Below the pieces are notes generated by a model, which saw nothing but the letters and a program-made list of their open reading frames with translations, was not told the origin of the DNA and did not search any database. Positions 1-13,019 of a stretch of 64,000 nt of DNA are shown piece after piece (position 1 is the first letter of the stretch; every line of letters starts with the position of its first letter). The translations under genes and the position numbers were made by a program. This stretch comes from Octopus vulgaris (lineage: Eukaryota), in NCBI GenBank assembly GCA_951406725.2, contig OX597818.1, positions 128,092,001-128,156,000 on the forward strand. Direction: 5' to 3'.

Positions 1-97
1 TTAATCCGTTTGTCTGTCCTTGTTTGTCCCTTCTGTGTTTAGCCCCTTGGGGGTAATAAAGAAATAAGTATTAAATTAATATCACCATCTATGTATC

Positions 98-320
98 ATG
101 GCAGAAACGTTAGCACGCCGGGCGAAATGCGTAACCATATTTCGTCTGCTGTTACGTTCTGAGTTCAAATTCCGCCGAGGTCGACTTTGCCTTTCATCCT
201 TTCGGGGTCGATAAATTAAGTACCAGTTACGCACTGGGGTCGATGTAAGCGACTTAATCCATTTGTCTGTCCTTGTTTGTCCCCTCTGTGTTTAGCCCCT
301 TGTGGGTAATAAAGAAATAT
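98..320 (+). mobile_element. SINE family A (tRNA-like head), preceded by another copy's tail at 1-68
   Basis: ggcagaaacgttagcacgccgggcgaaatgc...gagttcaaattcc...gtcccctctgtgtttagccccttgtgggtaataaagaaata; related or degenerate copies at about 1648, 4021, 16120 (tail), 30140, 33737 and 55090-55445. Confidence 0.85.
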
Positions 321-524
321 ATAGTTGAAATGCATGCTGAGAGAAAATTTCTTCATAAACATGTTAAAAACACAATATGTATCGGAGCAAGGCAAGCATC
401 ATCACACTAGTGACCAACAAGGACTATGTTTGCCTCACATATACATTGTTTTTAACACGTATCTTAAGAGATGTTCTCTCAGGCAATAATCACAGTAACA
501 TTCCTTTCAACATGTACATACATA

Positions 525-647
525 CACTAGCGTAGCTAGAATGTGTGTCGCCCAGGTCGGCCCTTCTGTTTGCTGCCCCTGGGCCCCACAAAAAAACACA
601 TATTGCTTACGGCCGCCCCTACTGCTCCTCCTCTAAATACACTAGTG
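525..647. mobile_element. Small hAT-like MITE
   Basis: Imperfect TIRs cactagcgtagctaga / tctaaatacactagtg flanked by an 8-bp direct repeat catacata. Confidence 0.55.
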
Positions 648-709
648 CATACATACTTATATTGTGGTTTTAATTAATATTGTTTCAATAAAGTAAATTG
701 TATATTATG

Positions 710-1022
710 TACAAAGCACCATCCGTTCGTGGCCGTTGCCAGCCTCGCCTCGCCCCTGTGCCGGTGGCACGTAAAAAGCACCATCCGATTGTGGCCGTTT
801 GCTAGCCTCGTCTGGCACCTGTGCCGGTGGCACATAAAAAGCATCCACTACACTCACAGAGTGGTTGGCGTTAGGAAGGGCATCCAGCCGTAGAAACATT
901 GCCAGATCAGACTGAGCCTGGTGCAGCCTTCTGACTTCCCAGACCCCAGTTGAACCGTCCAACCCATGCTAGCATGGAAATCGGATGCTAAACGATGATG
1001 ATGATGATGATGATGATGATGA
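710..1022 (+). mobile_element. SINE family C with (GAT)n tail
   Basis: Core ggcgttaggaagggcatccagc, internal about 60-bp subrepeats, (GAT)n 3' end; further copies at about 2900-3102+, 6039-6270-, 17203-17430-, 17636-17832-, 19300-19572+, 29205-29497-, 34660-34937+, 37115-37280-, 40920-41484+, 43886-44360-, 53688-53929+, 61441-61745-. Confidence 0.85.
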
Positions 1023-1875
1023 ATATATTGACAGTATTCCTTTTACTCAATATAATAATTATATTTAAAATGTTCGCTTAATCAATAGTGACACATTTTT
1101 AATGAATTGAAAAAGAAGGGGTAGTGTGGTGAAACTGAGCATTATTATACTATGGCAACATAATGAGGGGAAGATAAATTGATACAATGACTTCAGCCAA
1201 TATTCCAGTGAAATGCTTGGTCTGAGAATACTATTCTACTAAACCTCTCAAATTCAGAAGAGGCTTTTATTTTCCTCTGTCACATTATACTCTTCAAATC
1301 ACCATCATTGTACCACCTGGTTTTTGTACTCTCTCTTTTTCTCTCCCTCTCCCTCTGTCTGTCTCTCTCTTTCTGCCTGTCTGTCCGTCTCTCTCTCTCT
1401 TTCTCTATCAATCTTATTTTAAATATCTCTATTGCCCTCACAAGCATGATATTCCTACAGAATGTCTCTCACTGGTTTTTAAGTAATGTAAATGCAATCA
1501 TATAAAGATACAAATACACCAAATATATGTATGTCTATGTGTGTATGTATGCGTGCGCGCACACACACACACACACACACACATACATACACACACATTT
1601 ACACTTCTAGGCTGGTTATTCTTTAGGTTATTGTTATTTTCCGGTTTAAGGCGGTGAGCTGGCAGAATCATTAGCATGCTGGACAAAATACTTAGCAGTG
1701 TTTCGTCTGTCTCCATGTTCTGAGTTCAAATTCCACTGCGGCTGACTTTGCCTTATATCCTTTCAGGGTTGATAAAATAAGTACTAGTTGAGCAATGGGG
1801 TCGATGTAATAGACTTACCTCCTGCCTCGAAATTACTGGCCTTGTGCCAGTAATTATTATTTTCCGGTTTATGTA

Positions 1876-2787
1876 TTTACTCTTTTACTTATTTCAGTCA
1901 TTTGACTGCGGCCATGCTGGAGCACCGCCTTTAATCGAGCAACTCGACCCTGGGACTTGTTCTTTTGTAAGCCCAGTACTTATTCTATCGGTCTCTTTTG
2001 CCGAACTGCTAAGTGACGGCGACGTAAACACACCAGCATCGGTTGTCAAGCAATGCGAGGGGGACAAACACAGACACACAAACACACACATGCATAGATA
2101 TATACATACATATATATATGACGGGCTTTTTTTCAGTTTCCGTCTACCAAATCCACTCACAAGGCTTTGGTCGGCCCGAGGCTATAGTAGAAGACAGTTG
2201 CCCAAGGTGCCACGCAGTGGGACTGAATCTGGAACCATGTGGTTGGTAAACAAGCTACTTACCACGCAACACATATTTTCAAGTATGTTCCACAACTTCT
2301 GCTCAATACATTTTGTTTGCTAGTTTTTTTTCTTCTTCAATGTTTTATCGTTTCTAAGTTCTATAGTTTCTATCTCGCTTTTACTCTTTTACATGTTTCA
2401 CTCATTTGACTGCGGCCATGCTGGAGCACCGCCTTTAGTCGAGCAAATCGACCCCGGGACTTATTCTTTGTAAGCCCAGTACTTATTCTATCGGTCTCTT
2501 TTGCCGAACCGCTAAGTGACGGGGACGTAAACACACCAGCATCGGTTGTCAAGCAATGCTAGGGGGACAAACACAGACACACAAACACATGCACACACAT
2601 AGATATATATATATACATATATACGACAGGCTTCTTTCAGTTTCCGTCTACCAAATCCACTCACAAGGCATTGGTCGGACCGGGGCTATAGCAGAAGACA
2701 CTTGCCCAAGATGCCACGCAGTGGGACTGAACCCAGAACCATGTGGTTGGTTAGCAAGCTACTTACCACACAGCCACTCCTGCGCCT
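1876..2787 (-). mobile_element. Two tandem SINE family B copies (1876-2268, 2380-2787)
   Basis: About 400-bp element: head ggcgcaggagtggctgtgtggtaag...ggttcagtccc, internal (TA)/(TG) tract, tail gaaacaagtaaaagagt. Confidence 0.85.
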
Positions 2788-3074
2788 ATGGTAGTAACAT
2801 CTGTTTTGATGGTCTTTCTCTATTTTCTGTATTTTATTTTCTAATTTCTATGCTTCATAGCTTTTGATATGTAATGATTTCCATTTGAGATTTGATGTTA
2901 GTACCGGTGGTACATAAAAAGCACCCACTACACTCATGGAGTGGTTGGCATTAGGAAGGGCATCCAGCTATAGAAACACTGCCAGATCAGACTGGGCCTG
3001 GTGCAGCCTCCTGGCTTCCCAGACCCCAGTTGAACCGTCCAACCCATGCTAGCATGAAAAACAGACGTTAAACA

Positions 3075-3105
<31 letters not shown>

Positions 3106-3442
3106 GTGTTTTGTGATAATAAGCAAATATAGATGTAAATGACATATTGCGCTAATTCTTCGCTCTTGCTTCTTTATTAAGGTCCAGGCTGCATTTTTGT
3201 TTATAACACTGTTGACACCGTTAGATTGAATGGTACTGTTGAGGTGCCGAAACAATAATGATATCCATACAATAGCTGACGATGGGATGTATACTCTTGA
3301 TATGCTTGTTGACTGAGAACCTTTTTGTATATTGTGTCCTCATGGTTCTAAGTTGTCTTTCATTCTAATTTGAGTTCTTGCAGGATTAAACTTGTAGAGG
3401 TCTTCTTGATTTATGATGGTTTTGTTTCATATTTTATATGGT

Positions 3443-3597
3443 GCAGGCGTGGCTGTGTGGTAAGAAGCTTGCTTCCCAACCACATGGTTCCAGGTGCAGT
3501 CCTACTGTGTGGCATCTTGGGCAAGTGTTTTCTATTGTAGCCTTGGGCTGACCAAAACCTTGTGAGTGGATTTGGTAGACAGAAACTGAAAGAAGCC

Positions 3598-3633
<36 letters not shown>

Positions 3634-3845
3634 CAATTAAGGGTTTAGCAACGAATTGCCTTAAATTAATTAATTTCCCCCTTCATTGTTATATATATAT
3701 ATATATATATATTGCAGTTCGGCAAAGGAGACCGATAGAATAAGTACCAGGATTATAAATTAAAAAGTCCTGGGGTCAATTTGTTTGACTACAGGCAGTG
3801 TTCCAGCATGGCCGCAGTCAAATGACTGAAACAAGTAAAAGAATC
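3443..3845 (+). mobile_element. SINE family B, interrupted in its (TA)n tract
   Basis: Head 3443-3600 and tail 3714-3845 match family B. Confidence 0.75.
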
Positions 3846-3943
3846 AAAGAATACACTGGGATTGCGTGATTGTCTTTCATTAGAATTCTAATATCTGGAA
3901 AGGATATTATTTGTTTGAGGGTTTCTAGTTTATGAAGGTTTTG

Positions 3944-3980
<37 letters not shown>

Positions 3981-4020
3981 CATGAGTGCGCACATATATA
4001 CATATGTCCTCATATGTATA

Positions 4021-4435
4021 GCGGCGAGCTGGCAGACACGTTAGCGTGCCAGGCGAAATGCATAGCAGTATTTCGTCTATCTTTACATTCTGAGTTCAAA
4101 TTCCGCCGAGGTCGACTTTGCCTTTCATCCTTTCGGGGTCGATAAATTAAGTACCAGTTATGCACTGGGGTCGATATAATTGACTTAATCCGTTCGTCTG
4201 TCCTTGTTTGTCCTCTCTGTGTTTAGCCCCTTGTGAGTAGTAAAGAAATAGGTATTTCGTCTGTCGTTACGTTCTGAGTTCAAATTCCGCCGAGGTCGAC
4301 TTTGCCTTTCATCCTTTCAGGGTCGATAAATAAATTACCAGTTTCGCACTGGGGGTCGATGTAATCGACTTAATCCCTTTGTCTGTCCTTGTTTGTCCCC
4401 CTCTATGTTTAGCCCCTTGTGGGCAATAAAGAAAT
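4021..4435 (+). mobile_element. Dimeric SINE family A with a 20-bp TSD
   Basis: Full copy plus 5'-truncated second unit; atatatacatatgtcctcat repeated at 3994-4013 and 4436-4455. Confidence 0.85.
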
Positions 4436-6559
4436 ATATATACATATGTCCTCATTTCTCTGATATTCATCCACCCTCCATTCATCCTCCTTCTGTTCAT
4501 TATAACATACCACTCATTAGCGAGGTATGTTTGTGACCCTGCGCATATTCTACTACGAAGGTGCTCTCCATTACCCCTTTCTATACAGCTTAGCTATTAC
4601 TTCCTCTTCTCCAAGTAGTTTGTTATTGACATCTGTTGCGATTCTCCATTATCCTTATTATCTTCTTGCACTTGATCTTTGTCTCACTCAAGAAAAAAGT
4701 ATAGCTGTCATTACACACACACACACACACTCTCTCTCTCTCCTTCCCTCTCTTTTGATATAACCCACAACGTTGTTACTCTTCCCCTTTTGTATATCCC
4801 CATTCAAACTCCAATTGCTCTATTTCTATCATCATAGCCTCATTCTTCTCAATCACTTAGCCTGGTTTCACTCTCCCTTCTATTCACCTCCTGTTGATCA
4901 TGTTGTCTTAAACGAATGGACACACCAAGGAGTTGAAAGTGTCATTTAGAAATAGGTCTCGACACGAGTGTGTTGTCACTTCTCTTTACTTTTTTCTGCT
5001 GCAAGTACGGTATAATGGCCTCTGTTCCTTGGAGCCAGCTAATATCATACTATTTTCACTGTGTGTGTGTGAGAGAGAGAAAGCGAGAGAAAGTGTGTGT
5101 AACAAATAGATTACAGAAAGGAAAATATTATTTAGTTGAAATGGCCCTTTATTTTCATTGTTACAACTTCAAGTTGTTGTACACAAGCTCTTTGCTGTTC
5201 TTTTATCCATTCTGTTGATAGTTAAATTCATCTTTCGTTAACTGCTAGAAGAACAGATGGGAAAGGGAGAAAGGAAAAGAGTAAAAGGATTTAGACAAGT
5301 AGAGAGAGTAAAAGTTGTGTAGTCCTTCATGTGAAATGTTTCCTCCGTTGAAGCCAAAAGAAAGAAGGAAGAACCAGAATTCGGTTTCTGTATTTATATT
5401 TTCTCCTAGCTAAATTAGGTCAGGCGAGATAAAGGATTTTCTGTCTCTTATCTTTCTGAACCCTGTTTAACATTAGAATGTTAACTTAAACAATTGAACT
5501 TAACTAAGAGTGACAGTAGACTCTCATAAATTTCTAAGTGCAAAAGCCGAGAACAATAGAAAAGGAACCAATAGGAAAATCTAGGTTTGGTTTTGAACCT
5601 TGACAGAAAAATCTAGGAATATATTCATTGCATGTGTGTGTGTGGACATGACCTTGCTGTGCCCAACGTAGCATGGGTGTGATTGGCCGGCCGATGTGAT
5701 ATCAAGACTAATTCTTAGCCTCAACTATTCAGGTTGGGGAGCCATAAAAGTCTCTAGGAGGGAACTTTTCAGGGCAGCACTGGAATTGTCTAAAGGAAGG
5801 AAACTCTGAGAGAAAACCAACCCTACTTCAGGTCTCGAAGGTTGAGCAACAAACAACTCATTGATTCTAAAAATAATTCTGATTACAGAAACTTCAAATA
5901 CTCAGAGGAATCTACCAACTCCTTGGAGATGCAGTAGTTCCTAGTCTGGAAAAGCAGGAACAGCGAAACACAACCATCGTCAGGGCAGCAGGGAGAGGGC
6001 ACATCCCTGTTAGTGCTAGTGTATATAATAACTCACCTTCATCATCATCATCATCATCGTTTAGCGTCTGCTTTCCATGCTAGCATGGGTTGGATGGTTC
6101 AACTGGGGTCTGGGAAGCCAGAAGGCTGCACCGGGCCCAGTCTGATTTGGCAATGTTTCTATGGCTGGATGCCCTTCCTAATGCCAACCACTTCGAGAGT
6201 GTAGTGGGTGCTTTTTACGTGCCACCAGTACAGTTGCCAGACGAGGCTGGCAAACGGCCACAATCGGATTTTGATTTTGACCTTATCTAACTATATTTAT
6301 ATCATATACTTGTAGTGGATCTTGAAGGCATGAAGTAGATTCTATCCTAGATAACCAAATTTAAATTAACAGTTCAACGGAACTTTCCTCATGGTAAAAC
6401 AATAGTTTTTCTGTGACAGCAGTTTACATTTGCCAGATGCTTTAGCTAAGCAAAATGATGTCTTTGTACTTGACTCTTCTAACCTCTTATAAGCCACCAA
6501 AAGTTAGAATTAAGATAACAAGTACCACCAACGAAATCTATTGTTCTCAATGATATAGC

Positions 6560-9180
6560 TATCCTTCTGGATAGTTATAAAAACAAGAACCCCCAAGCAA
6601 AAGGAAAGAGGAGGCAGTGCCCCTAGTTACGGAGGCTGTGATACAGAGGGTGACCACCGAAATTGAACCTGTAAACAAACTGGCCGAAGCGACACTGGTA
6701 GTAGAAGAAATGAACTTCAAAATGGTGTCGCGAAAAAGGCCTAAAAAGGTAACGGAGTCACCAAATAAATAGGCGGCTCCAAAAAAAGAAGGAAAATAAG
6801 ATTAACCCAGAAGAAAGGAAAAAGAGGAAAAATTTATTTCATCTAGAAAAAGTGGAAGTAACACACAATTTAGAAGAAAGGATAACTGTAGTTTTTAAAA
6901 ATATGAACAATACACTGATGGGGATAATTAAGCCCCATTTAAAGAGTAATATTTTTCGGACAACTAACCCTAAAAACCTGAACAGTATAGCGAAAATACC
7001 ACGAGATCATTTTATGGACCTAAAGACAATAGTAATGTTAGGAGACTTTAACGCTATTCTAGATGCACGCCTAGATAACATTGGCTCAACTGGTAGGAAA
7101 AGTAACTCATGCCTCATCGATCTGCTGAAGCAATTTAGGCGAGCAGATTGATTCAGATTTGAGAATCCGAGCATTCCAATGTGGACTTGGAGTAATAATA
7201 ACGGATCTCTCAGGTCTTATACAGACAGGATAGTAGTGACTACCAGAGATAGGCCCTCCTTTAGTTGTCCACAATTTACTTATATACCCTATACAGATCA
7301 CAAATTAGTGACGTGTAGGGTACATAGACAGGGATCTGGTTCCTGGAAGTTGAACAAGACCCTATTGGCTTGCGAGGCATACCATAACCAGATTAAGGAG
7401 TTTCTCATGGGGGCACTCATCAGCACCATTTTGAATAACCAGTGGCGGGTTGGCCTCAAAAGAGCCATTCGACTTGAGTCTATTAGATTTAGCAAACAGT
7501 TAAGTCTAGAGCAGGCCAGAGTAGAAGGGTCTCTAGTTAAGGCATTAGAAGAGGCGGTAAGAATGGGCTTTGCACCCCAAGTTTTGGCAGTGAGATCGGC
7601 CTTGAACTAGCACCTCAATGCCAAACACGAAGGTTGCAGGGTCCGGGCTAAAGTACGTGCACTGGGTCATGAGGGCATCACCACTTGTGAGGCACTCTAT
7701 CTGCTGCTAGAAACCGTTAAAGGGTGGGTTAGGGATACCTTAGTTGATGATGTGCATGTATGTACTGAGGCTGAGGCACCTCTAGCTCTACCTGGATGGT
7801 AAACAGGTGTGGTCACAGCATGTCAAATTCTTCCTGTCACATTTGACATCCCTGCAGGAATATAGGCGCATAGATCACGTGGAGACCGAAAACGAGCGAA
7901 TGGCAGAAGGAGTGCAGACATGCACTCGATCTGTTCTCCCGAGCGAGCAATACTGGCAGCGAGGCTACCACTGCGGATTTTTATAGCGGGTTGGTAGAGC
8001 ATATGTCCAACGACATCCTGGGGAAGACTCTAGGCTTCGATGAGGAACAGCTTGTCAACCTGTTCAGGACATTTGGGCCGGGGTATCTGGATAACTTCCA
8101 GAAATCCCTGGCCTGGTTGTGCTACCGATCAGCCTTGCCATTTCGAGAGAGATTGTCAAGGCATGGTGCTGGTACCCCACCCATATGCCTGAGGTGCGAG
8201 CATGTCAGTGAAACTGTCATGCATACCTTTGTACATTGTGAGGAACTGAGGGGACTGATAACCTATGTCGAACAACTGGTGTCAGATATGGAAAGAGTAC
8301 GGTTACGGACTGAGTCTATCATCAAGATTGTGCCGCCTCCCTCTTTTAACAAGGATAAGGAGGTGTCATTTTTCTGCGTTGTAGTCGTATTGAAAGAGAC
8401 AATATGGGTGATGCGTGGAAGAAGAATTGAAACAGGCAACTTTATCTCTGGATACCAGTTGGTTAGTTTTTTTTTAACTACCACCAGTCCAGAAAGATCA
8501 GTTTGGAGTAAAGGTGCCTGCCTCAAAGAACGTTTGAGAAAAGATGGGCAAATGTCATATGGAAGTCGAGAGTGAATCGGGGCCACACTAGTGTAGCCGG
8601 TCTGAACGGAAAAGAAGGAAAAAAACAAGAAAAAACAACAAAAAAATGGTATTATAAAAAGTAAAAAAAACCAGAGGGTAGAACATGAGCCTGAAAAATA
8701 TATCATCGTTTAACCCTTTAGCATTCAAACCGGCCATTTCCGGCCCAAATATTCTACTTGTTTTATGCCCAAATTGGCCAGATCCAACTTTTCATACCTA
8801 TCCCACAATGTGATTCTGAAAAATAAGCAATCACATTATTGAAATCTTGAAGCTATGAGACAATGCATGGTTGATTCAAAACAATGTGAATAAATAATGA
8901 TTGATTGATTGATTGATTCTAGTTTCAGCTTATGAGCTGTGGCCATGCTGGGGCACCGCCAGCATTAGATTTGACAAAGTAATCTGAATGCTAAAGGGTT
9001 AATTTTAAAATTCATTTCAATTTCATTGTACTGTGTAAATTCATCCTATTTCATTATATTTGTCTTTTAGACAAACTAACTAATGTATAACCCCAGCCCC
9101 TAAATGTTTTTTTCTTTTGTCCTTGTGCTGTCCCCTCTGTGTCATGGCCTGTGTGCCAAATAAAAGAAATTAGTCAGTGA
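6560..9180 (+). mobile_element. Degenerate L1/Tx1-clade LINE (APE endonuclease + C-terminal zinc knuckle; RT largely deleted)
   Basis: IVMLGDFNAILD, WTW...DRI...TDHKLV...GSWKLN (6990-7360); CLRCEHVSETVMHTFVHC (about 8185-8240); stops and frameshifts; 3' tail 9110-9175. Confidence 0.8.
8710..9002. mobile_element. TTAA-flanked piggyBac-type MITE, family 1
   Basis: TTAA|CCCTTTAGCATTCA...TGAATGCTAAAGGG|TTAA; further copies 26482-26708, 35792-36019, 38503-38731, 42538-43259, 45966-46194. Confidence 0.85.
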
Positions 9181-9552
9181 CAACCCAAGTTTGAGGGAGT
9201 GATCATCAGTTAGTGAATGGACCACTAGATCATGGCCACAAGCAGGCAGCAGCAAGACTTCTGCCCGTGCCCCCCCAACCACCCATAAAAATTTTTTATA
9301 GACCTCTCCCCTCCTTTTCGGCTATGGGGAATACGAATCTGCAAAAAAGTTGGCAAAAATCGGCATTTTTAAATCACCACCCCACCTTCATTTTTTTTAC
9401 ATTTTTCCATAATTTTTTTTTTCAAAATATGCAGAAAAATACGGAGATTATGATTCTGAAAGACATTTCCAAAAATATTTGCAAAATTTTTTATTATTTA
9501 TATATTCGGAAAAAATACGGACATTATGATTTGGACAAAAATTTCAAAACAT

Positions 9553-9700
9553 TTAGTTACGGTTAGGGTGAGGATTTTAGGGTTAGGGTTAGAGTTAGGG
9601 TTTTAGGGTTACGGTTACGGTTACGGTTTTAGGGTTAGGGTTAGGATTAGGGTTTTTTAGGGTTAGGGTTTGGGTTAGGGTTAGGGTTTTAGGGTTAGTG
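9553..9700 (+). repeat. Interstitial degenerate (TTAGGG)n telomere-like array
   Basis: About 20 TTAGGG/TTACGG/TTTTAGGG units. Confidence 0.85.
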
Positions 9701-10134
9701 TTGGGGAAAAGTCAAAATTGAAGAATTGGGGGGGGGGGGACTTAACGACGCGATTTTTGACAAATTTCCGGAACGTCCGTATCCGAAAACGGGGTTTTTT
9801 GTCAAAAAAAAAAAAAAAATTAATAAACAAATTTGGGAGAAAATGAGGCGGGGGCGAACGGAAGTCTTTCGTAGGCAGCCACTAAAGACAAGCGGCCAGA
9901 GAAAATAAGAGAAAGTTACAATCAGCGACCATGCGAGATAACTTCCCCCGACTCTCATTATCAGTAGCTCACTTTATTTTTCTCTCCATCTCACAGCATC
10001 ACTCCACAAAGACAAACTATGCAAGGAAAATCTACACCTATCTTTACTTCGCATGCTTTTCCATTTACTAATTATACATACCAACCCGTCGTGGTTTTGG
10101 ATTTTTTTTTTTTTTACAATGTAACGGTAAAATA

Positions 10135-12458
10135 AGGAGTGGCTGTGTGGTAAGTAGCTTGTTTACCAACCACATGGTTCCGGGCTCAGTCCCACTGCGT
10201 GGCACCTTGGGCAAGTGTCTTCTACTATAGCCCCGGGCCGACCAAAGCCTTGTGAGTGGATTTGGTAGACGGAAACTGAAAGAAGCCCGTCGTATATATG
10301 TATGTATATATATGTGTGTGTATGTTTGTGTCTGTGTTTGTCCCCCTAGCATTGCTTGACAACCGATGCTGGTGTGTTTACGTCGCCGTTACTTAGCGGT
10401 TCGGCAAAAGAGACCGATAGAATAAGGGTTAATATAGGGCGTGACAAATATCAGAAAATCAATAAAAAAATGTGTGTAATAGGTGTAAAACAACTTCCTA
10501 TGAACGAATATGAAAAAAAAAATTCGCGCACTTGAAAGGGGGGTGGGGGAGAGGCCTCGGAAAATTCACAACGGGAAGTTCCGAAAGCGTCTGAGGGGCT
10601 GACCCGGGCACCAAAACAAAAAAAAATAGTGTAATATGTGTAAAACAACTTGCTCTAAACGAATATGACAAAAAAAATGCGCTCTCGCGAAAGAGGGGTG
10701 GGGGAGAGGCCTCGGAATATTTATATCGGGAATTTCCGAAAGCGTCTGAACCGGGCACAAAAACAAAAACAAAAACAGCGTAATAGGTGTAAAACAACTT
10801 GCTCTAAACGACTATCATGAAAAAAATGCGCGCTCGCGAAAGGGGGTGGGGGAGAGGCTTCGGAAATTTCACATCTTCAGTCCACGGCCTTTAAACTAAG
10901 AAAAAATAGTGTAATTGGTGTAAAACTACTTGTTCTAAACGAGTATCAAGAACACACACTCACACATGAATCATAAACTCCGTATTTCGCAAAAAAAATA
11001 AATAAAGAGAAGAAATTCTGGAAAAAGTGAAGAAATGTTGGATCTCCGCCATGTGAATCAAAATACGTGTCAGAAACATCTTGAAATACTACAGAAATTA
11101 TGTTACGAAAATGATAATGTATACATACCTCTTTGAGTGGTCCATCGATAATGATGATAAAGAAATGAGTTGGATTTGAACTCAGAATATTGACTAACAC
11201 AACTACATACTACAAGACTCAAAATATTCAGCCAAGTCACCACCCTTTAACTAGCAATAATAATAACATCAATAACATAACAGCCAAAAGATTTATTTGT
11301 TCTGAAAATAACAATCATAGTAAATAAATATGTTCTTTAATATTCACATTCATGTGCACAGTTAAACACACTTACATACAAACAGTCACGCATGCATAAT
11401 ACAGAACGGAACACATAAATGAAGGATGCATTACTTAGTATATATTACATCTAGAGAATTTTGATTAATAAGTCAAATATGCAAATTATAAAGATAATTA
11501 ATTGCTTTACTAAACAGTGTTGTAAAGGTGAAAAAATAAATTTGGGAAAAAAATACACGCCAAAACTAATTAATAAAGGATAATTAGGGAAGGATTGACA
11601 CAAAATAATAATTTTTTCTGTCTCTTTTTTTCTGATAAATGCATCTTAATAAGTGAGAAGAATTGCATATATCTGAACTATTTCAAAGAAAAGCATAAAT
11701 TTAATGTTTAAAATAGCTTTAACCAAGGAATGAGATCCAACATTTCTTCACTTTTTCCAGAATTTCTTCTCTTTATTTATTTTTTTTGCGAAATACGGAG
11801 TTTATGATTCATGTGTGAGTGTGTGTTCTTGATACTCGTTTAGAACAAGTAGTTTTACACCAATTACACTATTTTTTCTTAGTTTAAAGGCCGTGGACTG
11901 AAGATGTGAAATTTCCGAAGCCTCTCCCCCACCCCCTTTCGCGAGCGCGCATTTTTTTCATGATAGTCGTTTAGAGCAAGTTGTTTTACACCTATTACGC
12001 TGTTTTTGTTTTTGTTTTTGTGCCCGGTTCAGACGCTTTCGGAAATTCCCGATATAAATATTCCGAGGCCTCTCCCCCACCCCTCTTTCGCGAGAGCGCA
12101 TTTTTTTTTGTCATATTCGTTTAGAGCAAGTTGTTTTACACATATTACACTATTTTTTTTTTGTTTTGGTGCCCGGGTCAGCCCCTCAGACGCTTTCGGA
12201 ACTTCCCGATGTGAATTTTCCGAGGCCTCTCCCCCACCCCCCTTTCAAGTGCGCGAATTTTTTTTTTCATATTCGTTCATAGGAAGTTGTTTTACACCTA
12301 TTACACACATTTTTTTTGATTTTCTGATATTTGTCACGCCCTATATTAACCGTATTATTAACCTTATTACAAAGAATAAGTCCTGGGGTCGAGTTGCTCG
12401 ATTAAAGGCGGTGCTCCAGCATGACCGCTGTCAAATGACTGAAACAAGTAAAAGAGTA
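10135..12458 (+). mobile_element. SINE family B split by the fold-back element (10135-10426 and about 12367-12458)
   Basis: Family B sequence stops at ...gaccgatagaataag and resumes at ttacaaagaataagtcc. Confidence 0.85.
10427..12351. mobile_element. Fold-back-type non-autonomous element with about 620-bp inverted arms
   Basis: 10427-11046 is nearly the exact reverse complement of 11732-12351; arms built from 3-4 about 150-bp subrepeats; AT-rich non-coding spacer. Confidence 0.85.
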
Positions 12459-13019
12459 ATTTCTTTACAACTTCAACCACTGTTCTTTCATCTTTATATA
12501 TATGGCAATCAACAAAGAACCAGTCCTCCTTACTAACGGATTACGACTCCGACATTCCATACTATTGTTTACAAATTAAGTTTCAACCGTTGCAGAAATA
12601 AACTTCTACCGTTGATAACTCAACCGTTACACTAATTAATTCCAACCGTTACATACTGCTCTATAACTTAGAATATGCCTTTTCAGATTAACTGAATTAT
12701 TTCATTACGAATTGCAGTAAGTTTCTACCTTACAATATTGTCGAGCTAATTAATTTGACAAGTTGGTTAAGATCGAAACATATTGCACTTCGTAAGATTT
12801 GGTGAAATAATCAGGCACTAGAATTCAGTACATAACAGCAAATATATATGTTATTCGGCTTTAAAGTTACACAAGTGAATCAAGAGGCGAGAGTTTCGTG
12901 GCAGCCCTTAGGTGCTATAAACAAAACTCTCAGCTCTTGAGTTCGTTATATAACTTTACAGCTGAATAATCCCTCCTCTCTCTCTCTTTTCCTCTCTACC
13001 CAGCTATCTATCTATGAAT

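Noticed and set aside
705-962. Recurrent [12 protein letters not shown]... ORFs (also 6090, 17684, 61472)
   Set aside because: Antisense translations of SINE family C, not a gene family
9553-9700. True chromosome end or fusion site
   Set aside because: Short, degenerate, single-orientation array with ordinary sequence on both sides
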